From contig CAZZBB010000050.1 in assembly GCA_964652195.1 (NCBI GenBank), forward strand, positions 305-64,304: a DNA stretch of 64,000 nt, in the 5' to 3' direction. Source of the DNA: an uncultured bacterium (GTDB taxonomy: Bacteria; Poribacteria; WGA-4E; WGA-3G). Positions 40,270 through 50,594 of this stretch are shown here, one piece after another. A program made the translations under genes and the position numbers. The notes beneath the pieces were generated by a model, which worked only from the letters and a program-made list of their open reading frames with translations, did not search any database and was not told where the DNA came from. How positions within the stretch are numbered: position 1 is the first letter of the stretch; every line of letters begins with the position of its first letter.

Positions 40270-41610
40270 CTACTGTAACACTCCCATAGCATCTTGTAAT
40301 CGAGCATGTGCAATTTTATAATCATAAAATGCATTCACCTGGTTCGTTAGTGCTTGAGCATAACTTGTCTGGGCATCAAGTACTTCAAGTTGAATTGCTT
40401 TACCGACTTTAAAACGTCCTTCAATAACATCTAAACTTTTCTGCGCATTTATCACCTGTGTCTTTGATATTTCAACTGCTGTTTCACTACGTTTTAAATT
40501 CAAATAACTTTGTCGTACACCAAGAGCAATAGACCGTTCAAGATCACTTGCATTCTCTCGAGTCTGTTCTAACTGCATATTTCGTTCTTTGACTTGATTA
40601 CCTAAAATACCAGCGTCAAATAGAGTGAAATTTAGGGAAGCACCAATAGACCAACTACGAAAATTAGAAAAAGCATCTCGTTCTCTAAGGTAATCATCAA
40701 GATTTACATTATAGTTGGCATTAGCACTCAAGCGCGGCCAACGTTGTAATTTTGAGAGAATTAAACTCCATTCTTGCTGTTTTAACTGTGCTTCTGTTTC
40801 TTTAAATTCTGGTCGGTTTTCAAGGGCAATTTGTATGGCTTCTTCTACGGTAATGTCAATTCTCTCAATTGTTCCCCGTTCTAAGTATATTTGGTAAGAT
40901 TCATCAACTGTCACAGTGATTAATACGCCAGGATCTAAACCCATCAATCGCGGAAGTGTTGCTTTCGAAATCTGCAATGAATTCTCGTTATTAAGTAAAC
41001 CCAATTCAGAATTTGCTTCACGGACTCTGGCAGTGGCAATATCTGCTTCTATTAGAATACCTGCTTCCTCAAGAGCTACTGTTGACGCTGTGTTCTCCTT
41101 AGAACGATCTAAAACTTCTTGGCTGACCTTTACAAGTTCTGAGTCCTTTAAGACATTATAATATCCTTGGGTAATTTGTAGGATGAGATTCTGTTTGATT
41201 CCTTCATTCCTGTTTATGGTTGCAGTTAACCCTTCTTTTGACTGTGCACGATTTACTTCACGTTGACCATTATCCCAGAGAGTATACCGACCAGTTATTC
41301 CTAAATCGTAATTTTCTGGTTCAAAACCGAAATCGATCCGGTCATTAAAATCGTATCGACCTGAGGATGTGACTGTTGGGAAATACCCCGCACGAGAATT
41401 TTTAACTCTTAGTTCTTGAATAGCTAAACTTAATCGTGCATTTCGAATACTTGTTGCATTTTCCAAACCCATTTGGACACACTGTTCCAGAGTTAAAGGT
41501 TGGGATAAATCAATCTCTTGTGATTCTTGGGAAAAGATAAAAGAAGTAAATGTAAGTTGAAGGATTGTTAGAATCAGCAAAAACCTAAAATAACATCGAA
41601 CCATTAGCAT
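40270..41610 (-). CDS. TolC family outer-membrane efflux protein
   Basis: Signal peptide, LTLEQCVQMGLEN, ALENRPE, LEVLDAQ, two-repeat OEP pattern. Confidence 0.88.
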   Translation of the reverse strand: MLMVRCYFRFLLILTILQLTFTSFIFSQESQEIDLSQPLTLEQCVQMGLENATSIRNARLSLAIQELRVKNSRAGYFPTVTSSGRYDFNDRIDFGFEPENYDLGITGRYTLWDNGQREVNRAQSKEGLTATINRNEGIKQNLILQITQGYYNVLKDSELVKVSQEVLDRSKENTASTVALEEAGILIEADIATARVREANSELGLLNNENSLQISKATLPRLMGLDPGVLITVTVDESYQIYLERGTIERIDITVEEAIQIALENRPEFKETEAQLKQQEWSLILSKLQRWPRLSANANYNVNLDDYLRERDAFSNFRSWSIGASLNFTLFDAGILGNQVKERNMQLEQTRENASDLERSIALGVRQSYLNLKRSETAVEISKTQVINAQKSLDVIEGRFKVGKAIQLEVLDAQTSYAQALTNQVNAFYDYKIAHARLQDAMGVLQ

Positions 41611-41837
41611 CTCCTTAAAACTATATACTTTAATGCGGGTGTTTCTTATGAAAATATGTATATCTATTTGACAAGCGTTATAGGTGAATGTTCTATAGAA
41701 ATGGATAAAAAATTTATATCAATTACCTTACCATTTTGACGCATCAAGAGTATAAAAGTTTAGGTTTACTTGAAACAGTCTAATATCCATCCCCATACTT
41801 GTGCTAATGAAATTGGATATTTACTGTTGTTGCTTAT

Positions 41838-42785
41838 CTATCTACGCCACCAAGGTTTACTATCCTGATAAGAATCTAATAAGTTTAAAATCGTCTTGTC
41901 TTTTTTATTTATCTGTAACAACGATTGACAAGTCTTAATCACCAATTGTTTATCTGTTTCATCTTTGCTCTTTTGATACTTGTGATGATAACTATGTGCT
42001 ACAGCTGATAGATATTCAATGTGATCTATGTCATGTGGAATAGTCCCAGACAATCCCTGAATAAGTGAAATAGATTGTTCCCATTCATTGTGATGAGAAT
42101 AACAGATAACTTTGTTATATATAGGTTCATCACGAGAATTATCTAACCGATACGCTTGTTCAAAACAATTTAATCCTTCTGAGTATGCAGAATTCTCCAA
42201 GTGTAATTTACCAAGGGTAGTATAAAACTTGTATAAACCTTGAATGGAAATACTATACAAATCTACACCGCTATTTTCGAGCCAATTTCTTTCAATTAGA
42301 AATTCAATTGCAGAATTTCGCTCTTCTTGGGTAATACTAATATCAGTGAGAAGATGTTTTGCTACTGAAGCATTTGGATAGATTTTGGTTCTACTTTTCA
42401 ATAGGGGGTATGCTTGGACTGATTTGTCCATAGAGATTAGTTTTATCCCAGTGGCAATACGAAACAATGAGATAATCTGATCACTGTTCTGCCTGGACAT
42501 TTGATCAACAACCAGTTCTCTGTTCTCAGAAAAATACTCATTTAGTGAATCAATCGCCTGACGAATTTCAGGATTACTACTATTTAATAAGTGTGCCTGA
42601 GATAGAAATCGTTGTGCAGCGAATAACTCATTCCATTCTCTATAGATAGCACCCAGGCGATAGTTAACAAAAGCCAGTGATTCGGGGTCTGTATCTGTAT
42701 TAAGTATCTCATCATACAATTGAATTGCTTCAGGAAGTCGTTCCTCCGATTCCATTGCTTTTGCTTCTAAGGTTAAATCTGTCAT
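41838..42785 (-). CDS. TPR-containing hypothetical protein
   Basis: TPR-like helices (YRLGAIY, TLGKLHL...CFEQAY). Confidence 0.65.
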   Translation of the reverse strand: MTDLTLEAKAMESEERLPEAIQLYDEILNTDTDPESLAFVNYRLGAIYREWNELFAAQRFLSQAHLLNSSNPEIRQAIDSLNEYFSENRELVVDQMSRQNSDQIISLFRIATGIKLISMDKSVQAYPLLKSRTKIYPNASVAKHLLTDISITQEERNSAIEFLIERNWLENSGVDLYSISIQGLYKFYTTLGKLHLENSAYSEGLNCFEQAYRLDNSRDEPIYNKVICYSHHNEWEQSISLIQGLSGTIPHDIDHIEYLSAVAHSYHHKYQKSKDETDKQLVIKTCQSLLQINKKDKTILNLLDSYQDSKPWWRR

Positions 42786-43089
42786 GATGGTTTAAGTATC
42801 TACATTATAATGTAACGCGTTGTCCCAGAGAGCTTTTATAAACAATCGTTTCATAACAATAAAGGTTTATATGAATATCTTTCATCAGTTAAACCGTGCT
42901 TTAGTCCCGGGGAATGCCTAAATGGCATTCATACCGTTGATTTGGTAGGGACGAAATGTATATAGCACAAAACCAAACTTCGTGAAAACAACAAATACAT
43001 TTAGTTAACTGGCAAGTCGTTAAAGTAGTAAGAGTAAAGTAATATAATCAGTCAAATAGAGTAGAAATATTTAGAAGTTATTCTTAAAG

Positions 43090-44058
43090 TTATCCATTTC
43101 CATCCTGTAATAACTGTAGACACATTACCTCAAGAGCTAATATCTTCGTCACATTGGTATTCTTTAGAATCCCTTTTGTCTTAAAAACGGTCTTGATCGA
43201 TTGTTGAAGTCGTATTCTCGAATATCTTGGCACGAGAATTCTAAGTTGTTCAATAGCTGTCTTATGAGTCAAGAGTTCGATAGGTGCATCCTGCTGTATG
43301 AATAACAGATCTCTATACCAAGAAATTAATTTGTCTAAGTTTTCAAGATCCCCTTCCAGTTGTTCTGCCAAACGAAACGCTGCTAATGTATCTGTTTCAA
43401 TAAGGATTTCTGGAACTGATTCATCACTTGTTGAATCTTCTTCTATGAGTGATATTGCATTTCCCACCACTCCACCTGACAATATGGCAATCGAAGAAGC
43501 AGTTTGTTCATCTATAGTAAACCTATCCATTAATGATTCAGATAACTCTTGTTGTCCCAATGGATAGAAAGGAAGAACTTGGCAGCGGGATCGAATCGTA
43601 GGGATTATTGATTCAATATTCTCAGTTAACAGGATAATAGTTGACACGGAAGGTGGTTCTTCTAAGGTCTTAAGAAGCGAATTTGCCGCATAGTTATTCA
43701 TACACTCCGTATTAACTAAGATATAGATTTTTCTTACACCTTCAAGTGGTGGGTAATGTATTTCTTGTTGAAGTTCACGTATTTGGTCAATCTTTATTTG
43801 TGCACCATCTGGTCGAATTATTCTTAAATCAGGATGATTATCGTTTGCAATTTTACGACAACCTCCACAGGTCCCGCAGGGTAAGTCACCATTATCCTCG
43901 TTCTCACACAGGATTGACCGTGCAAAATACATTGCTACGGTTTCTTTTCCAACTCCCTTGATTCCAGAGAATAGATATGCCCCAGCAATACGTTCTGATT
44001 TTACAGCACTTTGTAGTTGATAAACTATATTATGATGACCAATAATCTCATTTGGCAT
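43090..44058 (-). CDS. holB: DNA polymerase III delta' subunit
   Basis: AYLFSG..GVGK, zinc site CGTCGGC, HPDL, ANSLLKTLEEPP, TIRSRC. Follows tmk. Confidence 0.92.
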   Translation of the reverse strand: MPNEIIGHHNIVYQLQSAVKSERIAGAYLFSGIKGVGKETVAMYFARSILCENEDNGDLPCGTCGGCRKIANDNHPDLRIIRPDGAQIKIDQIRELQQEIHYPPLEGVRKIYILVNTECMNNYAANSLLKTLEEPPSVSTIILLTENIESIIPTIRSRCQVLPFYPLGQQELSESLMDRFTIDEQTASSIAILSGGVVGNAISLIEEDSTSDESVPEILIETDTLAAFRLAEQLEGDLENLDKLISWYRDLLFIQQDAPIELLTHKTAIEQLRILVPRYSRIRLQQSIKTVFKTKGILKNTNVTKILALEVMCLQLLQDGNG

Positions 44059-44677
44059 TTCTAAATTGTAACCTGTTTTTTACTTCTGATAGGAGTTTGT
44101 CATGAATTGTATCTACATCAAGTTGGGCATCGATTAATATCACGCGTTCTGATTCAGCATTAGCAACTGATAAATATCCATTTCTAACTTTCTCATGTGA
44201 CGTTATTGTTTCAAACTCAAGACGTGTAAGCGGTTCACTTGAGTCATGTTTCCGTTGTAGTCCAATGTCTGGTGGTAGGTCAAGTAGGAAGGTAATATCT
44301 GGAGTTAGTCCATGAGTGGCAATGTCATTAATCTGTTTTACTAATTTAAGATCAATACCTTTACGAAATCCTTGGTAAGCAATTGTGGCATCAGAAAAAC
44401 GGTCACAGATTACAGTTTTTCCTTCCTCTAAAGCTGGAATGATTAACTCTGTGAGATGTTGAGTACGTGCAGCTGCAATTAATAGCAATTCTGTGGTTGC
44501 AGACATCGTCTCTTCGAATAAAAACAGGTCTCGGATTTTTTCAGATAAAGGTGTACCACCCGGTTCTCGTGTGACTACTACATTGTCATTAAGGGCTTCA
44601 GCTAATAAATGTATCTGTGTAGTTTTGCCAGCTCCTTCTACACCTTCTATTGTGATAAAATATCCTTTCATTTTCAT
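44048..44677 (-). CDS. tmk: Thymidylate kinase
   Basis: EGVEGAGKTT, TREPGG, CDRF, AYQG. Confidence 0.95.
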   Translation of the reverse strand: MKMKGYFITIEGVEGAGKTTQIHLLAEALNDNVVVTREPGGTPLSEKIRDLFLFEETMSATTELLLIAAARTQHLTELIIPALEEGKTVICDRFSDATIAYQGFRKGIDLKLVKQINDIATHGLTPDITFLLDLPPDIGLQRKHDSSEPLTRLEFETITSHEKVRNGYLSVANAESERVILIDAQLDVDTIHDKLLSEVKNRLQFRNAK

Positions 44678-44768
44678 CTCTTTAATAATATCACATTGTA
44701 TTCAGTCTATCAAGTATATATTACCCATTAAACACGGGTACACGTTCTTGGTATTACTCTTGATTATT

Positions 44769-44798
44769 TTGACAATAGGTCTATTTATATGCTATATT
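44769..44798 (+). promoter_or_regulatory. Putative promoter of recJ-relA
   Basis: TTGACA, 18 bp spacer, (TGC)TATATT. Confidence 0.5.
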
Positions 44799-44856
44799 TA
44801 TTATAGTTTGCATTTGTCTGTTGTATGTAAGTTATGAGAAATTGGAAATCAAGTCT

Positions 44857-47406
44857 ATGAAAAACGTCAAGAAATGGATTTACCAAAACCCCAATCTTGA
44901 TTTGAGCTTCACCCTTGCTGCAGGTTTAGGTGTCACTCCTTTAATAGCACGATTATTAATCAATCGTGGCATTACCACTGTTAAACAAGGTGAAACCTAT
45001 CTATATCCGACCTATGAAGACCTACATTCACCCTTTGATTTAGCAGATATGGCTAAAGCCGTAGAAAGAATTCAGAAAGCAATTAAAAATGGTGAACAGA
45101 TATGTGTATATGGTGACTATGATGCAGATGGTACAACCGCTACTGCCTTATTAATGAATGTATTTCAACACTTAGATTACACTCCTGAATATTATATTCC
45201 AGATAGATATGAGGAAGGATATGGTCTCAACGAAAACGCTTTAAGAGAAATATCTGAGAAGGGTTGTTCAGTATTAATTACAGTGGATTGTGGAATTACC
45301 TCTGTCAATGAAGTAGAAATTGCAAATAGTCTTGGTATAGATGTCATATTAACAGACCACCACCAACCTCCTGTAGACGATACACCACCCGCTTATGCAA
45401 TCATCTCACCTAAAATTCCAGGGAACGAATATCCTTATGAACATTTAGCGGGAGTCGGATTGGCATTCAAATTGGCACAAGGACTCATAGATGATCAAGA
45501 GTATCAAACATCACTCCTTGATCTCGTTGCCTTAGGAACAGTAGTTGACCTTGCCCCCATCACAGGTGAGAATCGTGTATTAAGTAAACTGGGGTTGGAA
45601 GAAATCAACAAACGGAAACGACTGGGAATACAAAAACTGTGTGACGTTGCTGGCATTGCTGGTAAACCTATTGTAGGATCTTCTCTTGGATTCAAGTTAG
45701 GGCCACGTTTGAATGCTGCCGGACGAATGGATACTGCTAAAACTGTAGTAGAACTTTTGATTACAGATAAACCAGAAAAGGCTGAAGAATATGCAAGAAA
45801 ATTAGACGAATATAATTTAAATCGAAGGGAACAAGAAAAAGGAATACAAGAAAAAGCAGTTCAACAAATCAATGATGAATACGACCTTAAACAAGCAAAA
45901 GGATTGGTCGTAGCAAGTGATAAATGGGGGGAAAATGCAAAAGGGGTCGTCGGTATAGTCGCAGCTCGTTTACTTGAACAATTCTATCGTCCGATTTTTG
46001 TACTCGCTATTGATGGACAGAATGCATCAGGTTCGGGACGTTGTATTGAAGGGATGAATCTTGCAGATAGTTTAAACAACTGTTCCCATCTACTAATAAA
46101 ACATGGTGGACACCAAGCAGCAGCAGGGGTTACTCTTGAAACAAAAAAAATACCAAAATTTAAGGAAGCATTCGATGAATATGCATCTGAAAATTTAACT
46201 GAGGTTGATTTGGTACCTAAGCTATACTTAGATTTTGAAACAAATCTATCCTCACTCACGTTAGACACTTTACAACAGTTTGAGACCTTAGAGCCGTTTG
46301 GAACTGAAAACCCATCACCTCAATTTGTAACCAAAGGGTTGCAACTCTCGGCACAAGCTTCTCCAATGGGAAAAGAGAAAGAGCATATGTATATGCATGT
46401 CAGTGATGGAGGGAATCCAAAAAGAACTGTTGGTTGGAGAAAAGCTGAACACATCCCTATATTAAATAGTCCCAATATATCAATTAATCTTGCTTATTCA
46501 TCACAAATTAATGACTTTAACGGGAACCGTTCTGTAGAACTAACTTTAGAAGAATATCAAATTGTTGAACGCACTCCACAATTGGCAATATATCCACCTA
46601 CAGAATCACATTCAACTGGAAGGATAGTTGACAGGCGTTCTAATGATAAAAAAGACTATCTGTTAAATTTATTGGATAGTAATAAACCTTCGATTATATA
46701 TGTGCAGAATTCAGAGATGATTAACCTGTTATTAACTAAGTTGATCCCAGAAAAAGCCTCTGTAATCGGTAAACATGAAAAGACATTTACGGAGATTCAG
46801 GAGATAGATTTATTACACAAAATTAAGACTGGTAAATTATCAGCAATCGTTTCTGATTCAGCAATCTCTAACACTGCGTTAGAGAAATTCCCAATTATTG
46901 AACATGTGTTGTTTTGCCATCTTGAAATAGATCCTTCTAACTTCTTTAATAGATGTTTCCCATTAACACTTCCTCAAAATGACACTTCATTACATTTGCT
47001 CTATAACAACAATTCTGATGTGGATATGTTAAATAGATGGGTTAATAATCGATATCCAGAAAAAAACTTACTACGTTCGGTCTATTCCGAATTAATTGGT
47101 ATTATCAATAAGGGTTATACTGAATTTGACACATTAGCAGACAGATTAGACATCATATCAAGAGATGGATTGGAGACGGGATTAACAATTTTCGAAGAAC
47201 TATCGTTAATTGAAAATAGACGGGATAACGGAACAAATTCTTTCAGGTTAGTAGAATCGACTAAGAGTAGTTTGGATAAATCACCAACATTTCAGAAGGG
47301 TGAATGGTTAAAAAAGAACTCTCAGAATTTTCTAAAATTTCAAATTCAAGATAATATCCAACCGATTTGGGAACAAATAAAAGATGAGTGTAGAATCTCT
47401 AATTGA
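44857..47406 (+). CDS. recJ: ssDNA exonuclease RecJ with long C-terminal extension
   Basis: GDYDADG, TVDCG, TDHH, GPRLNAAGR, GGHQAAAG, LEPFG. Confidence 0.93.
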   Translation: MKNVKKWIYQNPNLDLSFTLAAGLGVTPLIARLLINRGITTVKQGETYLYPTYEDLHSPFDLADMAKAVERIQKAIKNGEQICVYGDYDADGTTATALLMNVFQHLDYTPEYYIPDRYEEGYGLNENALREISEKGCSVLITVDCGITSVNEVEIANSLGIDVILTDHHQPPVDDTPPAYAIISPKIPGNEYPYEHLAGVGLAFKLAQGLIDDQEYQTSLLDLVALGTVVDLAPITGENRVLSKLGLEEINKRKRLGIQKLCDVAGIAGKPIVGSSLGFKLGPRLNAAGRMDTAKTVVELLITDKPEKAEEYARKLDEYNLNRREQEKGIQEKAVQQINDEYDLKQAKGLVVASDKWGENAKGVVGIVAARLLEQFYRPIFVLAIDGQNASGSGRCIEGMNLADSLNNCSHLLIKHGGHQAAAGVTLETKKIPKFKEAFDEYASENLTEVDLVPKLYLDFETNLSSLTLDTLQQFETLEPFGTENPSPQFVTKGLQLSAQASPMGKEKEHMYMHVSDGGNPKRTVGWRKAEHIPILNSPNISINLAYSSQINDFNGNRSVELTLEEYQIVERTPQLAIYPPTESHSTGRIVDRRSNDKKDYLLNLLDSNKPSIIYVQNSEMINLLLTKLIPEKASVIGKHEKTFTEIQEIDLLHKIKTGKLSAIVSDSAISNTALEKFPIIEHVLFCHLEIDPSNFFNRCFPLTLPQNDTSLHLLYNNNSDVDMLNRWVNNRYPEKNLLRSVYSELIGIINKGYTEFDTLADRLDIISRDGLETGLTIFEELSLIENRRDNGTNSFRLVESTKSSLDKSPTFQKGEWLKKNSQNFLKFQIQDNIQPIWEQIKDECRISN

Positions 47407-49516
47407 AAAAATAAAAAATCATAATCCGGACGTAGAAATTGATTTTGAGTTTCTCACAAAATGTTATAATTTCGGAGAGAATGCACATCAGAAACAATAT
47501 CGAAAATCTGGTGATCCGTATTTCATTCACTGTATAAGAACTGCTGAAATCCTCGCACAGCTCAGAATGGACATGGACACCATTTGCGCGGGACTTATGC
47601 ATGATGTCTTGGAAGATACGGGTATTACACGATCAGAAATGGAGAAGAAATTCGGTAAGGACATTGCAAATTTAGTTGAAGGTGTAACGAAAATAGGACG
47701 GTATAAATTCAGTGGAGGAAAACGTAAACGGCAAGCCGAAACATATCGTAAATTATTGTTAGCAACAGCTGAAGATATGCGGGTTATTATGATAAAACTC
47801 GCTGATCGTCTCCATAATATGGAAACTCTTGAATATCTATCCGAAGAACAGCAACAACGTATTTCAAAAGAGACTTTGGAAATCTATGCACCTATTGCAC
47901 ATCGACTCGGGATTTGGTCAATAATGAGTCGTTTGGAAGACATTTCTCTCAAATACCTTCTACCTGAAACATATCGAGAAATAGCAGATCTTCTGAACGA
48001 GAAACTTGATGAACGACAGTCATATTGCCAGAAAATGGAAGTAACGATACATGCTGAACTGAAAAAGCATGGTATCAAGGCTAAAGTTAGAGGCAGAACA
48101 AAACACATTTATAGTATATATCAAAAGATGCACCAAAAAGGGACACCTTTTAAAGAGATTTGTGATTTGGTAGGTCTAAGGGTTATCGTCCCAGACGATT
48201 GGAGTTGTTATAGTGCTCTTGGTGTATTACATTTGAGATGGAATTACCTACCAGATCGTGTTCGGGATTGGATTGGTCAACCAAAAAAGAATGGTTACCA
48301 ATCTTTACATACCACTATTTTAGATGATGGGAAGCCAATTGAAATTCAAATTCGGAGTACAGAGATGCATCAAGTCGCAGAAAACGGTATTGCTGCACAT
48401 TGGGGGTATAAGGAAGGTGTACCAACAACAAAAGAAGCACTATCCATCTTCGCAAATTACAAAGAGATGTTAGAGGATATACAAGATACTCAAGATGTCC
48501 CTGACCGGTTTATTGAATCTATGAAATTAGAGCTTTTTCAGGATGAGGTATATGTCTTTACACCAAAAGGTGATATTCACGCATTACCCGTCGGCTCTAC
48601 TGCCATCGATTTTGCATATAAAATTCATACAGATATAGGGAATACATGCTGTGGGGCAGAGGTAAATAACGTCCTGACACCAATACGGGAACCCCTACAA
48701 AATGGTGACCGCGTAAATATACTTACACATCCAAATAGCAAACCGAGTCGCGCATGGTTACGGATTGTGAAAACTGCAAATGCACGCACAAAAATACGAC
48801 ATTGGTTCAAAGAGAAGGACAGAACCGATGCACTTGAATTAGGTAGAAAATTACTTAAAGCTGAACTTCAAGTCTCATATTTGTATTCAAGTGATATTTT
48901 GAAGTCACCAAAGATTATTGAAATTGCTAAAGAACTTGGACATGAAAGTTTAGATGAACTCTATATAAACATAGGGAATGGAAGTGAATCTGCAACACAG
49001 GTTATAAATCAATTAAAACCTGATATTACTGATGAAATTGATGAACAAACAACTGTGAAACGCGTTGAACCCACAATCCAATTGGGCAACGGAATTGATT
49101 TGGGAATGGTTCGCGTTATGAAGTGTTGTAACCCCATTCCTGGTGATGATGTAGTCGGATATTTAACACGGGGAAGAGGTGTATCGGTACATCAGTCAGA
49201 ATGTGCACGACTACTTGATGAACCTGAACGGTTTCTTGCCGTAAATTGGTTAGTAGAAGAAGGGACGAACTATCCAGCACAAATATTCATAGAATGCGAT
49301 GATAAACCTGGTATGTTACGTGAAATCACAACCGCCATTGCACAATATCATGTCAACATAAGAGAAGGAAACTTTAAAGCATCAACTGTTACTACTATTG
49401 ATGATACTGCTGCAGATTATTTTACTTTGGATGTTACTGGGGTAGAACAACTGAAAAAGGTGATGGATGCTATTAAACAATTAAAGGGTGTCGTAAGCGT
49501 GGTAAGGAAAATGTAA
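47384..49516 (+). CDS. relA: Bifunctional (p)ppGpp synthetase/hydrolase
   Basis: RKSGDPY, HDVLED hydrolase motif, NGYQSLHT, EIQIR, TGS and ACT domains. Confidence 0.95.
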   Translation: MSVESLIEKIKNHNPDVEIDFEFLTKCYNFGENAHQKQYRKSGDPYFIHCIRTAEILAQLRMDMDTICAGLMHDVLEDTGITRSEMEKKFGKDIANLVEGVTKIGRYKFSGGKRKRQAETYRKLLLATAEDMRVIMIKLADRLHNMETLEYLSEEQQQRISKETLEIYAPIAHRLGIWSIMSRLEDISLKYLLPETYREIADLLNEKLDERQSYCQKMEVTIHAELKKHGIKAKVRGRTKHIYSIYQKMHQKGTPFKEICDLVGLRVIVPDDWSCYSALGVLHLRWNYLPDRVRDWIGQPKKNGYQSLHTTILDDGKPIEIQIRSTEMHQVAENGIAAHWGYKEGVPTTKEALSIFANYKEMLEDIQDTQDVPDRFIESMKLELFQDEVYVFTPKGDIHALPVGSTAIDFAYKIHTDIGNTCCGAEVNNVLTPIREPLQNGDRVNILTHPNSKPSRAWLRIVKTANARTKIRHWFKEKDRTDALELGRKLLKAELQVSYLYSSDILKSPKIIEIAKELGHESLDELYINIGNGSESATQVINQLKPDITDEIDEQTTVKRVEPTIQLGNGIDLGMVRVMKCCNPIPGDDVVGYLTRGRGVSVHQSECARLLDEPERFLAVNWLVEEGTNYPAQIFIECDDKPGMLREITTAIAQYHVNIREGNFKASTVTTIDDTAADYFTLDVTGVEQLKKVMDAIKQLKGVVSVVRKM

Positions 49517-49528
49517 ATTCGTAATTAC

Positions 49529-49735
49529 TTAGGATGGCATTCCAGAGATCACTTTACTAATCTTGCCACCACGTATACAGGCTGTACAAACTCTAATACG
49601 CCTTGTACCTTCTTCGGTCAACACGCGAACACGTTGAAGATTTGGTAACCAACGACGTTTTGTTCGATGATCTGAAGCACTAATCTGATGACCAGTTCGG
49701 GGCTTTTTACCGCATACTTTACATATTCGAGACAT
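49529..49735 (-). CDS. rpmB: 50S ribosomal protein L28 (Zn-binding form)
   Basis: MSRICKVCGK, TKRRWLPNLQ, VCTAC. Confidence 0.95.
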   Translation of the reverse strand: MSRICKVCGKKPRTGHQISASDHRTKRRWLPNLQRVRVLTEEGTRRIRVCTACIRGGKISKVISGMPS

Positions 49736-49805
49736 TTTAAACCCTCCTCAGCAAATAATTTAATACGAATTAGCACTTATAAGAATACCACATAAAGGCA
49801 AGAAA

Positions 49806-50594
49806 ATGCAAATTTATCTTTGTAAACAAAAAGTAATTATATTTTTATTATTTATTATTTTCCTTGCTTGTAGTAAGGAGAATGAAGATATACCTGTACC
49901 CATAATTGAACCTGAACCTATTCTATATGGAACCGTAGCTGGTAAAGTTGTTGATGCAAATACAAGTAACCCTTTAACTGGGGCAATAGTTAAATTATAT
50001 GGGTTAGAAGTTAAAACTGAGCCTGATGGTCTTTTCGTGTTTCAGGGAATACCATATTATGATGAACAAGAACTAAAAGCAACAGATCCTGATTATCAAA
50101 CTTTCACACGGTTTATTACGGTATCTAATGAACGTCTAACTGTCTCGGTAGATATGATTCCACTCATAGATACCGAAGAAGAATTAGATGAGTTTTTTAC
50201 TACATTTTCTGAGTTGATTGAATCACTTGATCCTGAAAATATACCTGCCATACAATCACATTTCTCGGAATCCTATGTTGCAGCTGATGATCCTATAACG
50301 ACTTTTGGTGTTTTATCGGGTGTCGTTCCACCAAATTATGACAGTATAATTCCAACTTTAACCGATTTATTCATAAAATATTCATGGTTAGAATTTGTGT
50401 TCAAAGACAAAGAGATGGATATTACACATGCCAGAAAAGCTTCAGTTGAACTTCTATTAGATGTGGATTCAGAAGGGGCAGAAGATAAAATACTTCGTCA
50501 TCTTCAGGCAAAAAGTTTGTTTGAATTACGTCGTGAAGGTGAAAATTGGAAAATCGTATATTGGCAGCTACTTCGTTTAGATATTGGGGTGTAG
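49806..50594 (+). CDS. Lipoprotein with carboxypeptidase-regulatory-like domain
   Basis: Lipobox FLAC, GTVAGKVVDA...PLTGA.V, T.PDGLF. Confidence 0.72.
   Translation: MQIYLCKQKVIIFLLFIIFLACSKENEDIPVPIIEPEPILYGTVAGKVVDANTSNPLTGAIVKLYGLEVKTEPDGLFVFQGIPYYDEQELKATDPDYQTFTRFITVSNERLTVSVDMIPLIDTEEELDEFFTTFSELIESLDPENIPAIQSHFSESYVAADDPITTFGVLSGVVPPNYDSIIPTLTDLFIKYSWLEFVFKDKEMDITHARKASVELLLDVDSEGAEDKILRHLQAKSLFELRREGENWKIVYWQLLRLDIGV

Noticed and set aside
42845-42890. Hammerhead ribozyme on the minus strand (CTGATGA...GAAAC)
   Set aside because: No convincing stems I-III around the core motifs.
42820-42955. tRNA, SRP RNA or c-di-GMP/fluoride riboswitch call
   Set aside because: Lacks the T-arm, the SRP domain IV motif and the riboswitch consensus. 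Kept only as an unknown structure.
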